Source: Hypanus sabinus
Taxonomy: Eukaryota
Direction: 5' to 3'
Assembly (NCBI RefSeq): GCF_030144855.1
Contig: NW_026779273.1
Location: 1 to 64,000 of the forward strand
Length of the DNA: 64,000 nt
Below the pieces are notes generated by a model. That model was given only the letters and a program-made list of their open reading frames with translations, had not been told where the DNA came from and did not search any database. The position numbers were made by a program, and so were the translations under genes. Shown here piece after piece: positions 1 through 13,349 of this stretch (positions within the stretch are counted from its first letter, which is position 1; every line of letters starts with the position of its first letter).

Positions 1-419
1 CACTTCTACACCGAGGTCCCAGATTATAAACATTCCAAGGATCAAACCATTCCATGTTTCCACAGATGGTTAAAGGAGATAATAAGCGGGAGCATTGATC
101 TTGGGGACTGAACATTATTGTCGGATTCAGTATCATCGGCGTAGAAAGGTTATGATCCTCCCGGACCGATTATGTGTGGGAAAATTGTACAAAACGAGGA
201 AAGATGGAGTGGAGAACAATGGTGGAAAAGTGAGTGTGCGGATAGTCTGAATGCTTATGAAGGGGAGGAAATGAAAAGACTCGGAAACTTAGCTCCGCCT
301 CTTATTTCACTGATTGGCTGCTACGGCAGAACGCCTGAGGGATAGACCCTCCTCCCGCCCTATGGTTTACGGACATCGTATTTCCTGTGTTGATGATATC
401 AACGTCTGTTCTGGCTTGG

Positions 420-458
420 GGTTTTTGTTCAGCTGTCCCGTCACTCTGAGCCGCCGTG
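420..458 (-). other. 23-RSS of V-A
   Basis: CACGGCG + 23 bp + ACAAAAACC. Confidence 0.93.
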
Positions 459-1060
459 ATCACTCCAGGCGCCTCCAGTTTGTCTGACATCAGGAAGAAC
501 TCGTTGGTCTGCCGTCTCTTCGCCGTAAATCCGCTGACCAATCCCTCTGGCAGCACGGAATTAGCTATCGTCGAGTAAAACATGCTCTCCGGACCATTTC
601 CCGGGGATTGTCGGTACCAGTGCAACTTGTTACCAGTACTGCTAATACCCTCTACCGTGCAATGCAGGGTCACCTTCCGGCCGACAGTTCCGGAGAAAGC
701 CGGCGTCTGGTGGATCGTCACCGAGGTCCCGTCTGGAAAACGAGACGGGGTTGGCAGAAAGTAGTGGATGTACTCAGTCGAACGGGCAATTCGTAAGTGG
801 GAGAAAAACGGAGCATTGATCAATGCGGAGATGAGGATTGAAATGGAGAAATCTCCATGAGGCGGTCGAAACATAGAGGCGGCGCAGGTGGAAGATATTC
901 TTCTGAAGCAAGAGTTTGGAAATAATTTATAATGTCTTAGAAACGACTGAAGTGTACAGTAAAGTGAAGGGAATGTGAAAGGATAGAAGTGGAATAAAAG
1001 AATATTTGGGAACTTTCACTCGCAGGAAAAGGCGAGGGTGAAGATCAGAAAGAGAAACAT
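459..1060 (-). pseudogene. TRBV: TCR beta-like V segment V-A, pseudogene
   Basis: Leader exon 1060-1024 (MFLFLIFTLAFS) has a GC donor (gcgagt) where paralog V-C has GT. V exon 732-459 has C23 and WYRQ. Relative to V-C, a 25-nt deletion (ggattcgtcggccgtgtatttctgc) removes the second Cys and shifts the frame. RSS is intact. Confidence 0.92.
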
Positions 1061-1232
1061 CTTCCTTGGAGGGTTTATTCTCTCAGTGATGAATGTTATG
1101 CGCGCAGCAGAGAAGAATATATTCACTTCAATCACGTCTGTTTCATATTTCGGAGACGCAGTTGAATTTGCGGAACTATCGATTGGCCCCTCCCCTTGCA
1201 TTCTCCAAACTGATTTCAGTGTATTCTGCTTC

Positions 1233-1481
1233 NNNNNNNNNNNNNNNNNNNNNNNNNNNNNNNNNNNNNNNNNNNNNNNNNNNNNNNNNNNNNNNNNNNN
1301 NNNNNNNNNNNNNNNNNNNNNNNNNNNNNNNNNNNNNNNNNNNNNNNNNNNNNNNNNNNNNNNNNNNNNNNNNNNNNNNNNNNNNNNNNNNNNNNNNNNN
1401 NNNNNNNNNNNNNNNNNNNNNNNNNNNNNNNNNNNNNNNNNNNNNNNNNNNNNNNNNNNNNNNNNNNNNNNNNNNNNNNNN
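1233..1481. other. Assembly gap (others: 3581-3954, 24275-24414, 27933-28161, 53158-53344, 62587-62893, 63233-63377)
   Basis: Runs of N. Confidence 0.99.
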
Positions 1482-4099
1482 TCTATCGCTATTCCCGTTC
1501 CGCAATCTCCTTTTCTTCCTCTCTCCGGTTACCTCACTATGTACGATTTCCTGACACTCCCAAGTCTTTGTAATTTCGGAAATTTACACAAACTGGTGAA
1601 AGAAAACAGACTACAATTCTTCTGTCGCAGAAATCACGCAACGCTCTTTCCAATTTGCTTTTCCACCCTCTACTGGTGGCCTCCACACTTCGCGTAACTG
1701 CAGACCATGCGCTTCTCGAGTATCAAACATCAACGACGTCAGTTCCTGCACACCTTTATGCTCTTACCACGTTCCAGGTACGCCACACAACATGTTCTGT
1801 ATGTCGCACTCCCCGTCCCTCCCTCTTACTTTCTTCCTCTCCCAATTTATTTCACTGTCCGAAGTCTTTGCAATTTCGGAAATCTACAAAAACCGGTGAG
1901 AGAAGGCGGGCCACAATAAACTTCTTTTCCCTTGAAATCTTGGGACTCTCGTAATGAAGGCCACAAGTTGTACCGTAAGAAACACCTGGCGCCCTGCACG
2001 GAGCAGCCCTCGGTATTCTGAATCTCTATTTCTCTCCTTGTCTCAGTGATTGTCTCTGAGTCTCTCTTGTTCTCTCCGGATGACCGTGCATCTATCGCTG
2101 GCTCTTAACACTTGTTGCGGCCCAGCGAACAGAAAATTCACCATTACAATAATATGTTCTATCTTTTCATTCGCTTACAAATATCTGACGTAACTTTCAC
2201 GGGAGCGCTTTCCCTGCCCCCTATTTGTAGTAGCCTCTGCCTGCACCCTCCGATCTAGCCTCCGATCTTACCCCCCGATCTAACTCTATGGCAGACAAGT
2301 AGGGAGAACATGCCTGTGAGAAAGACCATATATTGTTCTCCAGCATCTAATCTCAAGGACGTGTGGTTATGCACATCTTGATGGTCTAGCCAGGATCCAG
2401 GCTGATATCAAGTTTTATGACAAAGATCTGTTCTGTGTTACTCGGTTGAGTAGATATACCAAGCATGAATCAAGTTTAACTCTTTCCTTAAGGTGTCGGG
2501 TTGGGTTCCGTGACTTGAATCTTTAGCAATCAAAGTTACGAATTGCAAAGTTGCGACGTCGCGTCTACCTTCCTCATTTGATCTGTCACGCGGACTTCCC
2601 GGCATCCACTGGATCTTGTGGCGAATTTTAAACCTAATCAACAATCAATCTAACCATTGCTTTAAAACGGAGCCCTTAGTTTTATTCTGTATTCAAAATG
2701 ATATGGGCCATGTGTTTGAAAACTGGATTAACTGACAGGACAGGGAACCAAATACCATAACACATAGGGGCAACACTGGACCATTTATCCTGTGTCGTTG
2801 TTGCGTGCTGTTCGAGTTTCCTGCATCTGAAGAATCTCTTGCGTAAAAAAAAATCATCTACTGTCTTTCCTTGCGTGGTTCCGTAGTCTCCCTGTTACTT
2901 ACTTCCTCATGAGCTCTTCGATCTTTTTTCCATTCGTATTCCGGTTGCATTCCCAGATATTTTGGTCTCCTTACCTGATAATCACCCCCCACTGGCCAAC
3001 CCTCTCCTATCCCTTCTCTTTCCTCCTTGGTCCTCTGTGCTCTCCGGTCAGGTATCCACGTGGTTTCAGTTCTTTACCTCTGTAATCTATCCACATGGCT
3101 TCCCGGATCATTTCTCCTCTTCGTTTCCCACTCAAATCTTCTCACGTAGCAACTTCCGTCTTGACGTCCATCCCCGCCACAACATTCGTATAAAAAAGGG
3201 AGCCTGTGCTCCCTTCCCTTCCAGTATTGATTATTATCAGGTAGAGAAACTGATGTTCGTGTTGTCAGGATGGTGGCTGCCAGATAGAATATGAAGTTTT
3301 TCTTTCCCTTCCCTTCCCTTCTCGGTCCGTGGCGTTGAATGTTCAGACTCCTCCATAGATGCTGCCCGTCCAGCTGAGTTCCTCGAGGGATTTGAAACTA
3401 CAGCATTGAATTTCCACCTCTCACATTCCCCCTCCCGCTGTCTGCGATCGGTGCGCTCTGTGGCCGTGAGGGTGGGGGAGGGGGACGTTGTGGGCTGTTT
3501 GGTCGCGCGTTGAATCCGCGTCTATCCCCTGTTCTCTTACGTATCGGAAGAAACCAGCTCCGTTTCGGTTGCGTGGGCGANNNNNNNNNNNNNNNNNNNN
3601 NNNNNNNNNNNNNNNNNNNNNNNNNNNNNNNNNNNNNNNNNNNNNNNNNNNNNNNNNNNNNNNNNNNNNNNNNNNNNNNNNNNNNNNNNNNNNNNNNNNN
3701 NNNNNNNNNNNNNNNNNNNNNNNNNNNNNNNNNNNNNNNNNNNNNNNNNNNNNNNNNNNNNNNNNNNNNNNNNNNNNNNNNNNNNNNNNNNNNNNNNNNN
3801 NNNNNNNNNNNNNNNNNNNNNNNNNNNNNNNNNNNNNNNNNNNNNNNNNNNNNNNNNNNNNNNNNNNNNNNNNNNNNNNNNNNNNNNNNNNNNNNNNNNN
3901 NNNNNNNNNNNNNNNNNNNNNNNNNNNNNNNNNNNNNNNNNNNNNNNNNNNNNNGCTGATCTCCTGCATTAATCTGTCCCGAATGTCCTCAATAAGGACA
4001 ACATAACACACATCATCAGTGGCTCTGTCATTATGTGGAGCTGTGCACAGAGAACATGATTTCCCGTTCTGTCCTTTGACAAACTACTCTAAACTACGC

Positions 4100-5000
4100 C
4101 GCCAATCATCGTATCGTTTGCAGACTTACAAACCCATCGATCCGCGATTCCGTTCTTTACCCAGGCGAAGTGGCCGCTTTATTAGAGAGATATACACCAA
4201 TTCGTTAATGCAAATGTCTCATCAGCCAATCGTGTTGCTGCAATTTCAATGCATTAAAGCATGCAGTCATTGTCAACAGCTTCCTTTGCCGTCCAAACCA
4301 GAAATGTGATCTCAGAGACTTTGTCTGTGGAATGATTATTAGTGCCAGTGCCAGAGAGATCGGGTATCTCAGAAACGTTGTCTAGTGTTTACAGAGAATT
4401 CTGCGAAAAAATATTTGGGGGAATAATGTGGGTGAGAATAACCATATATTACAACTGTGGGGTACCGAAGAGCATCTCTGAAAGCACAGTAGATCACGAA
4501 CATTCACTGAGCGGTCATTTTATTAGGTACAGGAGGTCTTCAAACATATGTTCTCATCATTTAATCACATGTCTACACCAGACATAGATGTATGTGCGAG
4601 TTATTAAAATCCGTAAAGCTGCATCCGAAGAGGAAACTTTTACAGGAGCACCGGTACAGTGTAACTTTTGCACGTTGCTGTGTGCCGTTCGATCAGGAAA
4701 ATGTGCAGCGATGCACAGTGTACTGCTGCCCCCAAGTGGCCATAAGCCGGTTCTGCACCTCTTGGTCAAGAGGTGGAAGGTTTTTCTGTGGCCGAAGACT
4801 CGCGCTCTTGATGGCGTGTGAGAAAGTGTAATATTGGACGTTTCAGATGGGGACGGAGGGTGAAAAGTGGATCGGGGGGATGGAGGACGATGCCTGGATT
4901 AAATTTGTGCAGTCACGGACATGCAATGAGTCGTCACATTATTAGGTACAAGAGGTCACCAAACATCGGTTTCCTCATCAATCACAGTTGTATACAATAC
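4100..5000. repeat. Inverted homology block (partner ~61330-62200)
   Basis: For example gcaaatgtctcatcagccaatcgtgttgctgc (~4210) versus gctgcaacacgattggctgatgagacattcgc (~62062); both copies carry the CTCF-like site. Confidence 0.82.
4724..4739 (-). promoter_or_regulatory. Putative CTCF site
   Basis: CCACTTGGGGGCAGCA on the minus strand; inverted homolog at 61414. Confidence 0.65.
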
Positions 5001-5672
5001 ACAGTTGTGTGTACGAGATGTTGGCATGTGTACAGATGCAGCCGGATAGCAAACATGTACAGATGCCCTGGTAGAATATTTACGCGGGACAATGAACAAA
5101 TCTACATGCAATATTTCTGCCCCAAGCAGTGTAAATCCGTGCTGCTCCTCTCTGTGAATACGTGGAGGGATTATTCTGCTGTCCCACTCTGTATTGGACT
5201 ACTCTGTAGGAAAGAGTACGAATTGGACATTTCAGACAGAGACGCTTCATCAGGACTGAGAAGAAGGGGGAGGTGCCTGATTTAAAAGTTGCGGGAGGAG
5301 ACAAAAGCCAGCTGAAAGGTGATAGGTGAAGACAGCTGGGTGGGAAAGAGTAAGTGGTGGAGAGGACAGAATATGATAAAAGAGGATAGTGGACAGAAGG
5401 GGAAAGGGAAGGAGCTAATGGCCGAGGGGAAAGTAATAGGTGTGAAGAAGTAAAAGGTCTGAGTGGATATGGGTGTGGATATAAGAAATCGGTTTATATA
5501 CTATCAGGATGGTGGGTACGAAGACAGAATATAAGAGGTTGCACCTCCACCTTGAGGGCGGTCTCCCCTTGAGACGAGAGGAAGCCATGGACCGACACGT
5601 CGGAACGTGAATCGGAATCGGAATCGAGTGTTGCCCGTTTCTGACAGAAAGGAGCAGACGAACACAGTCCGC

Positions 5673-5688
5673 TGCTGCCGCCTAGAGA
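5673..5688 (-). promoter_or_regulatory. Putative CTCF site beside the V-B RSS
   Basis: TCTCTAGGCGGCAGCA, ~38-39 bp beyond the nonamer. Confidence 0.55.
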
Positions 5689-5726
5689 TACAACAGGAAA
5701 ACTAAAATTCGCTATGATTGGCTGGA

Positions 5727-5765
5727 AGGATTTTTAGTTTGAGATTCGTTATCTGAAGTTCTGTG
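5727..5765 (-). other. 23-RSS of V-B (degenerate nonamer)
   Basis: CACAGAA + 23 bp + AAAAATCCT; spacer nearly identical to that of V-P. Confidence 0.8.
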
Positions 5766-6056
5766 CGCTAGCGCAAGCGCAGTAGTAGACGGCGGAGTGG
5801 GATGCCGATGCATGTCTCAGTTCCAGTTCAAACAGAGTGCTTCTGTGTCTCGTCATGGAGGAATTGGATGTGTAGTTCGTAACCGAACCTTGTCCAGCAG
5901 AATAGAAGATAACATCTATTGTCCGGTGTGATCGCTGTCTGTACCAATACAGATATTGATAGTCCGTATTCAGCACAGTGCAGACGACGGTGAGCGGCTG
6001 TCCCGCACCGATTGACAGGGCCGACTGCGATTGTTCCACATAGGCAGGGAGACTCT
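5766..6056 (-). pseudogene. TRBV: TCR beta-like V segment V-B, open V exon without a recognisable leader exon
   Basis: Acceptor ctgacag| at 6057. Exon reads AYVEQS..C..LYWYRQ..IFYSAGQG..SAVYYCACAS; close paralog of V-O/V-P. No leader with a GT donor between the promoter (~6310) and the V exon. RSS nonamer is degenerate. Confidence 0.85.
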
Positions 6057-7960
6057 CTGTCAGACAGAAATTCGATTCTATTTTGATTTCCCTCAATTGC
6101 ACGCCAAAGGCTAAACTAGACAGAAGGAGGCGAATGGTGTGTTCCAAGACACTATTGTACAATGTGCCATCATCGCGCCATAACCATGATCGAATATTTG
6201 CCAAATGACCTAATGAATGTGCCGAATGAAGCTCAGTATCAGATCTCATGGACGTCTGTCTGGGCGACCTGATAAAGGAACTGTATTCTTGTTGGCTCTG
6301 TAACAATTACGTCACTTCCGTAGCGGAGGCCGTACTTTGGCGCGGTTGACGTTGTTGAGAAAATGATAAGAAGAGCCAAGATGGTTTCATGCAATGCGGA
6401 CGTGTTTGGACAATTCAAGGTGGAACGTATTGCAGGAAAACCTGTTTAAAATAACCGGCTCATCGATCCTTGGAAACCCAAGACGCACCCACCAGAGAGA
6501 TTCCATTTATTTATTTTTGGTTTCTTGAGCGGGTCATCGCTTCCATGCCAGGAAGTACTTGTCCTTCGCCACAACCTGATAGCAAGGCGGGATGTAACCG
6601 TCATGTCCTCTTCAGTGTTGAGGAAAGGGAAGTTATTCACGGTGGTTTCGGCTCCCGAATAATCACAACTCTGAACTATGTCAAAACCAATGCCCTCTCT
6701 TTCAAGATTTTTACAAATCGTTCTCAATATTACTTTTAGTACTCACTTAATTGGTCCTCTACTTCTTTGCTCTGTTTGATTTTGCTCAGTTTGTCTTCTT
6801 TTGCAAACCGATTTTCCGTCTTTCCGTTTAGTTGTTAATTAATCAGGTAATGGAATTAAAACCAATGGGAGATCCTGCAAACACATCTTATTTGCATTCC
6901 ACAACAAGTACTTATCCGGCAAAAAGATTCTTAATGGAGTCCTTCATCAGGTCTTCCAAGTCCCTTCGGACCACAGCGTTTGGAATTTCCTCTCCATTTA
7001 GAAAACTTCCTGAGTTTTTATTTCGGCCGCTGAAGTGCTTGACAATACACTGCCCGATCCTGCCATTTATTCGCCTTTTCACCAACCTGTGTTGTGTCCT
7101 TCTGTAGCCACCGTGTTTCCTTAAAAGTATCTGCCCCTCCACTTACCTTCCGACGGTCCGAAAACTTAACCACAGATCCATCAATTCCGTCATCTAAATC
7201 ATCGAAAGACAACGAATGAAGGAGTGGTCCGAATACAGTCGCCACATGTCATCTGCAGCCAATCAGAAAAGGCTCTCTCTGTATTCTCACTCTTTGTCTC
7301 CCGCCAATCACTCAATGCTGTGTCCACGTGACTCGTTCCTGGAACGCCCTGGGCTCCTGTTAAACATCCTCACACTTGGCCCCTTGTCAACGGCCTTCTG
7401 ACAATTTGTCAATGCAGATTCTTTATTTACAGCAATCCAACAGATTTGCCAGACATGATTTTCACTGCAACAAACCACACCGATTGACACCGATAGGTTC
7501 ATGTGTCTCCAGGTCCCAGGAAACCAAATCATTATCATTGAATTCGGCATCTACCCAACCACTGTGTTCAGTGTGACTGGCCTCTAATTGATGAGATTAG
7601 ATTACAAGCAGCATAGAACATATACAATGCGTTTCGCCGGCACAGTGCGGTCCGTTCCCTCTACCGTCTTTCGCCGACCTTATAATCTGCTCAACAATCA
7701 ATCTACGAATTTCGTATAAATGTAGTCCTTCGTTTTTCCATCACGGGGACGGTTTAGGTTATGTGATTGGAAACTGTGCGTGTCTTCATTCATGTGAATG
7801 CTTAACAAGTGGAGGACATTCACTACAATAGTTCCGCCCCTTCTCTCACTGATTGGTCGCTGGGGGGGCAGCGCCTCACTGTTACACCCTCCTCCCAACC
7901 GCTGATTGACAGACGTCGCTTTTCCTGTTCAGCTGACAGCAGTAACTCTTCTGACGGTGA

Positions 7961-7999
7961 GGTTTTTGTTCAGCTTCTCCGTCACTCTGAGCCGCCGTG
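7961..7999 (-). other. 23-RSS of V-C
   Basis: CACGGCG + 23 bp + ACAAAAACC. Confidence 0.93.
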
Positions 8000-8710
8000 A
8001 ATACTCCAGGCGCAGAAATACACGGCCGACGAATCCGCCTCCAGTTTGTCGGACTTCAGGAAGAACTCTTTCGTCTTCGTTCTCTCCGCCATAAAACCGC
8101 CGACCAATTCCTGCGGCTCCACTGAATCAGATGCGATCGACCGAAACATGTACTCCGGTCGAGATCCAGGGAATTGTCGGTACCAGAACAACACGTTAGT
8201 AGCACTGGTACTATCGGCTACTGTGCATTTCAGGGTCACCTTCTGTCCGGAAGTTCCGGAGAAAGCCGGAGTCTGGAGGATCGTCACTGAGGTCGCGTCT
8301 GGAAAAAGAGACGGGCTTGGCAAAATGCCGTGGATCAACAGGGAGATCCGGCTCAATGTGAAAGGGGAGAAAGTGTGTTCATTGAGGGAAGGGAACTGAA
8401 GCTGGGAAAGCTCGGGAGGAGACGCGGTTCAATAGAGAAGGGGATAAAGAGTGTGCAATGAGGGAAGGAAAGAGAAGGGCTGAAATCAGGAAAGCTCGAG
8501 AGGTGGACGGAATTCAGTGGCGGCGGCGGAGGGGTAACAGTGTGAGGAAGCAAAGGGTCGTAATTATACATAGTAAGTTTCCTAGACTACTGTTGGGTAA
8601 ATCAAATGAAGGGAGTTTGAAAGGAAGGTAGAAACAAAGAAATTAATATCATGTTTTTGTCAACTTTACTCACAGTGGAAAACGAGGATGAAATGCAGAA
8701 TTAGAAACAT
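8000..8710 (-). CDS. TRBV: TCR beta-like V segment V-C, intact
   Basis: Leader 8710-8674 (MFLILHFILVFH, GT donor). V exon 8298-8000 in frame, with C23, FWYRQ and SAVYFCAWS. Confidence 0.93.
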
Positions 8711-11700
8711 CTTCCTTCACGGGTTTATGCTCTCGGTGATGAACGCGGTGCATGCAGCGGAGACTAATCCATTCACTTCAACCACGCTTGTTACGTGTCC
8801 CAGTGACGTAGGCGGATTTGCGAAAGTAGCGATCAGCCACGCCCCTTCCAGGAGCCTGTCCCGATTCGATGGATGTGTTGCTTCTGCTGCACGACTTTGA
8901 CCACCCAAAACTCTCTATCTCTCTCCATATCACTTCCTCCATCTTTCTCCCTCTCCCCGCTATATCATATTCTGTACTGTTCCTTTTTTTTAATATATGC
9001 CTCTAAGTCTTTAGTTTTTAAACCTACTATCTCTTCCCTCCGGTTCCACTCTTCGTCCGCTTTCCTCCCTGGTCCGCTCTGCTCTCATATCGGAAATCTT
9101 CTTCTACCGTCTCTCTTCTATCAACAGCCTTTCCAGCTTCCCATATCACGTCTCCTCTCCAGTACACACTCAACTTCCTCCTTAACTGGTCTCAGCTATC
9201 GCCTGCCATCCTGAGGTCCTTCTCCTCCCGCACTTTATTATTCCGGCTTTCCTTCCAGTTCTGTTGTAATCTCTCAGTACTAAACATCGACTGCTCATTC
9301 CCCTCCATAGAAACTGCCTGACGTGCTGATTCCTACCAGCTTCTCTCAACCACCGCCGCCCGCAGTCAGAGCTCGTTTTAGCTCCTCTTCGTTGTTCTGT
9401 GAACCAGTTAGAATGAATGCATACGTCCTATCCAAATTAGCTGACTACCCACTTAACTCGCTCTCTGTCTGCCCCCTCCTCTCTCTCCCTCTCTTTCTCC
9501 CTTTCTCCCCCTTTCACCAGAGGAGTTCCCTCTATCTCTTTCTCTCCCCCTCTCTTTCTGAGGATTATTCACTCCCTCTACGTTTCATGAACATCAGGCA
9601 GTCACTAATAAGCCGTAGATTTGTTGGGTGCATTGACTCTCCCCTTCTCTGTCTGCGTCATTACCACTCTAACACTCTCCTTATCAACCGTCTGCCCTTA
9701 TCCCCTTCTGTCTTCTGTCTTCTCCGTCTGCCCTTCTGTCTGACGAAGTATTTATCTCTGAATGTCAGTATGCAGGTGGGCATGTAAGATTAAATGCATG
9801 GTTCTATTTCTCTTTCTATTTATTTCTATATGTCTACTTTCCATCTTTCTGAATTTCTTTCCATCTACCTATCTATCTGTCCGTTGCTCTCTCAAACTGT
9901 CTATCTAGTCGTCTTTCTATCCATCTATCTCTCTATCCATATCTATCTTAAAGTCTATTTGTCTTTCTTTCTGTCCTTCAGTCTGTGTTTCTTTCTGTCT
10001 ATTACCAATCTAACTGTCTGTTTGTGTATACATGGCCGATTTATTTACTGTTTAGAGCTTTGTTTACTGTTATCTGCTGTCATTCTCTATCTGGACGCAT
10101 TGGATGAGGTAGTTGGAAGACTCAATCCAGTTGGCCTCACTGGGAAGTTGCCTTAGACCCGGTCATGTAACGAAGCCCCGGCTGTGAATCACCGGCAGTT
10201 CACTCATGACTACCAGCTGATTCTTCCTTTCTCCGGACTGTTTGCGTCGCCGTGAATCAGCAAGAAGCGGAAATAGCGGGCCGTCGAATTCGTTCGGTCG
10301 CTCTCCCACTTAACAGAAACACCCTTTTCTTACTATTGACAGTGCTGAGTGTGGGAGCAAGGGATCAATTCAGTTCGTTCTGCCCCTTTCCGTCGTTCTG
10401 TGGGATACGGTGGGAAACTCAAAGTGTTTTCTCCATTAATCAGTTATTCTAATGACGTAGGTGGATTTGTTCAGGTACTGTATGGCCACGCCCCTTCTGT
10501 GAACCTATGGGATCTCAGTTTAAGCAGACTATTCTTTCTCTCTCTGTATATAAGCGCCTTTGTAATTTCAGAACCATCCGGAAGCGGCATGACAGGAGGG
10601 TCACAATACACCAAGATGTTATTGAAAACAAGAATCTCTCTCAATGAAAGTCGCCCTCGAAAGCTCAAGGGTTTGTGCCCCTGCAGTATCTCTTGTGTTT
10701 ATGACCCATTGACTCTTTTTAAGACGGCGGAGGCTCGCTCGGAACTACCAGAAGCACCGTGTAGCCGAACCTTAGACTGAACACGTCGCATTTTGGTCAC
10801 TCTGCCACTCAACAGAAAAACCCTGTTCTCACTATTAACAGCGGTGAGCGTGGGAGCAATCGATACATTCACGTCGATCACGCACGTTCCGCTCTGCGGG
10901 AAACGCTGGGAAACATCAATGTGTTTCCCCCGCCCTGCCGTCTTCAATGTACCAGTTAGAGCAAATGTGTACGTCCGTCCAAATTAGCTGAATACCAACC
11001 GAACTCTCTCGCTCTGCCTCCCCTCCCTCTCTCTCTTCCTACTCTTTCTCTCTTTCTTTCTATCTCACTGTCTGTCTATGCATCCGTTTCTCCCACTGCA
11101 TCTCTTTCTATCCATCCATGTAACTCTCCACCCTTCTTCTATGCATCTGTCTATCCATTAATGTCTAATAATTGATCTATCTTTCTTCTTGTCAGTCTAT
11201 TTATCAGTCCATCTATCTCCCTATTAATATCTAGACATTGCGGATTTATTCTCTGTTTACTTAATTTTGTTTACAGACTGACTTCGTCCTGTCAGACAGA
11301 CTGCATGAACCAATGGGGAGACAGGGTGTTACGTCAGTGGTAGACCTGCCCCGGCGCAGGGGATACAGTGCCCACAATGATGGGCGAAGCGAGGATTCGG
11401 GCGGGAGGTAGGTACAGGGAGACTTTAGATCGTTGGAAGTCTCAATCTAGTTGGCATTCTTCTCTCTTTGTCTTTTCTCTCGCCACGTATGTACGAATGC
11501 ATGCAAGTATGTATGTATTCTTGTAAGTACGTGTATAAGCATGTAAACTCGCATGTAACTTTCCATTTGTCCTTCTATCTCCTTTCTATCGTTCTATGTC
11601 TATCTACCGAATTTTCATTCTGTCTCCCTATATATCTATCCGTTTGTCTTTTTTTCTCTCGCTATCTATAATTCTATCCATCTATTTATCCCCCTCTTGC

Positions 11701-12291
11701 CATCTATATATCCATATCTGTCAAACGATATATTAATCTTTTTTTCTATAAGTCCGTTCAGCAACCCATCCTTATCTAGTCATTGCCGTTTTATTCTGTA
11801 TTTGGATGTTTAGTTTACATGACGACACGGCCATGTTGCGATTAATCGGCTGTGAAGTTGCTTGCGCGGAAGAATATCTCTCATTTGAATGCTTTCGCAA
11901 GAATGAAAGAGCCCCGCCTGCGCCATGTACTTTGTCGAATAACAGCACAATGTCGGCAGAGTGAAAAACGTCTGTCTACGTGACAGTCGGCTCACCTGTT
12001 TTCCCGCTGACGACAGACTTCTGTTATGCGTGAAGTTATTCCAGTCCTATCTCTTCCCCGGGAACCCACCCGATCGAGCGGGGGACGGGCAGTTCAAAGA
12101 TTTCTCCCTGTTCATTATCGCTGCGAACCTTTCATGGTGGGAGTATTGCTAGCCTATACCGAGGACCAGCTGTTCCTCAGCACAACAAATGTGTAGAATA
12201 GCTTCAGCCATTTGTAAGGCCGAACAAGAGAAATACATCACAGGCGCAGCTGCGATATCGTCGCCCTTTATTTCTCTCAGTGGCAGCGACG

Positions 12292-12307
12292 CAGCGCCAC
12301 CTGTCGG
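12292..12307 (-). promoter_or_regulatory. Putative CTCF site beside the V-D RSS
   Basis: CCGACAGGTGGCGCTG, 41 bp beyond the nonamer. Confidence 0.72.
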
Positions 12308-12348
12308 ACAGGCTCACACCCACGCTCAGACTGACATCAAGCCGGTGA

Positions 12349-12387
12349 GGTTTTTGTTCAGCTCCTCCGTCTGACCCAGTCGCTGTG
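12349..12387 (-). other. 23-RSS of V-D
   Basis: CACAGCG + 23 bp + ACAAAAACC. Confidence 0.94.
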
Positions 12388-12979
12388 ATCACGCCAGACA
12401 CAGAAGTACACGGCTGACGAATTCGCCTCCAAACCGACGGAACTCAGCCTGAAGACGTAGCTGCTCGGCCTCTCTGCGGTAAAGCCGTACAGCGACCCTT
12501 TTGGTTCCACGGTGCCGACATACGTAGAGTAGAACAAGTTCTCCAGCCCCTGTCCCGTGTACTGTCTGTACCAAAACATTCTATCAGCCGGGTTGCTACT
12601 CCCGTCGACAGTACAGTTCAGCGTCACAGCCCGGCCGGTAGGACTGGAGAAAGCTGGAATCTGGCGGATCGTCACCGGGGTCACATCTGAGGAAGAGAGT
12701 GGGAGCAAAAAGAGGTGAATATGCGAACGGCGAGAACGGCCGTCCGAACGAGAGGGTGAGGATTGACTTTGGGGTATTTTCGGGTGGCGGGCGGTATGGC
12801 GAGGTTTCGATGAAGAAAGATCAGAGTGAGGGTGGAAATGTGCAGAGAAAAGCGCAGAATGAGAGAGAAAGGCACAGGACCAGAGGAACTGAGGATTACC
12901 CGGGGGCAAAGAGCGGAAAAAGTATTAGAAAATTTCCCTCACAGTGTAAGGAGATGATCAGTTGGAGAAACAGCAACAT
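12388..12979 (-). CDS. TRBV: TCR beta-like V segment V-D, intact
   Basis: Leader 12979-12943 (MLLFLQLIISLH, GT donor). V exon 12686-12388 in frame: VTLNCTV..FWYRQ..LFYS..FTAERPS..SAVYFCVWRD. Confidence 0.93.
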
Positions 12980-13261
12980 CTTCCCTGCAGTTTTATTCCG
13001 TCCCAAGTGACAGTGTTGTGTTCAGGAACAATGAATCCACTCACTTCAGTCCCGCCTGTCATGTAACCCAGTGACCTGAATGGTGATTGGTGATACGGAT
13101 GGCCACGCCCTCTGTTCATTTTGGCCAATCAGAATCGAAGCATGCGCAGGAAATCTTTGCCGAATCATCATTGCCCCTTCTGGACTTTCCAAATCCCTTT
13201 CCGATCGACAGACAAGTGGTGATTGCTTCGGTGCAATCTCTTCTCCCTTATCGTTCTTTCT

Positions 13262-13267
<6 letters not shown>

Positions 13268-13347
<80 letters not shown>
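13268..13347. repeat. (CT)n microsatellite
   Basis: Perfect dinucleotide run. Confidence 0.97.

Positions 13348-13349
<2 letters not shown>

Noticed and set aside
1490-1920. Short local tandem duplications (also 4500/4915 and 62500/63100)
   Set aside because: Real, but with no coding or motif content that I can support; likely by-products of V-unit duplication.
1038-4011. Long ORFs containing X runs
   Set aside because: Artefacts of reading through N gaps.
7857-7872. Plus-strand CTCF-like G-run downstream of V-C
   Set aside because: Poor match to the core (no AG, no CC); treated as a G-rich tract.
9214-11700. Hydrophobic Leu/Ser-rich ORFs in the track as membrane proteins
   Set aside because: They are translations of CT/TCTA low-complexity DNA; the same applies at 13080-13746, 21614-22046 and 57584-57886.
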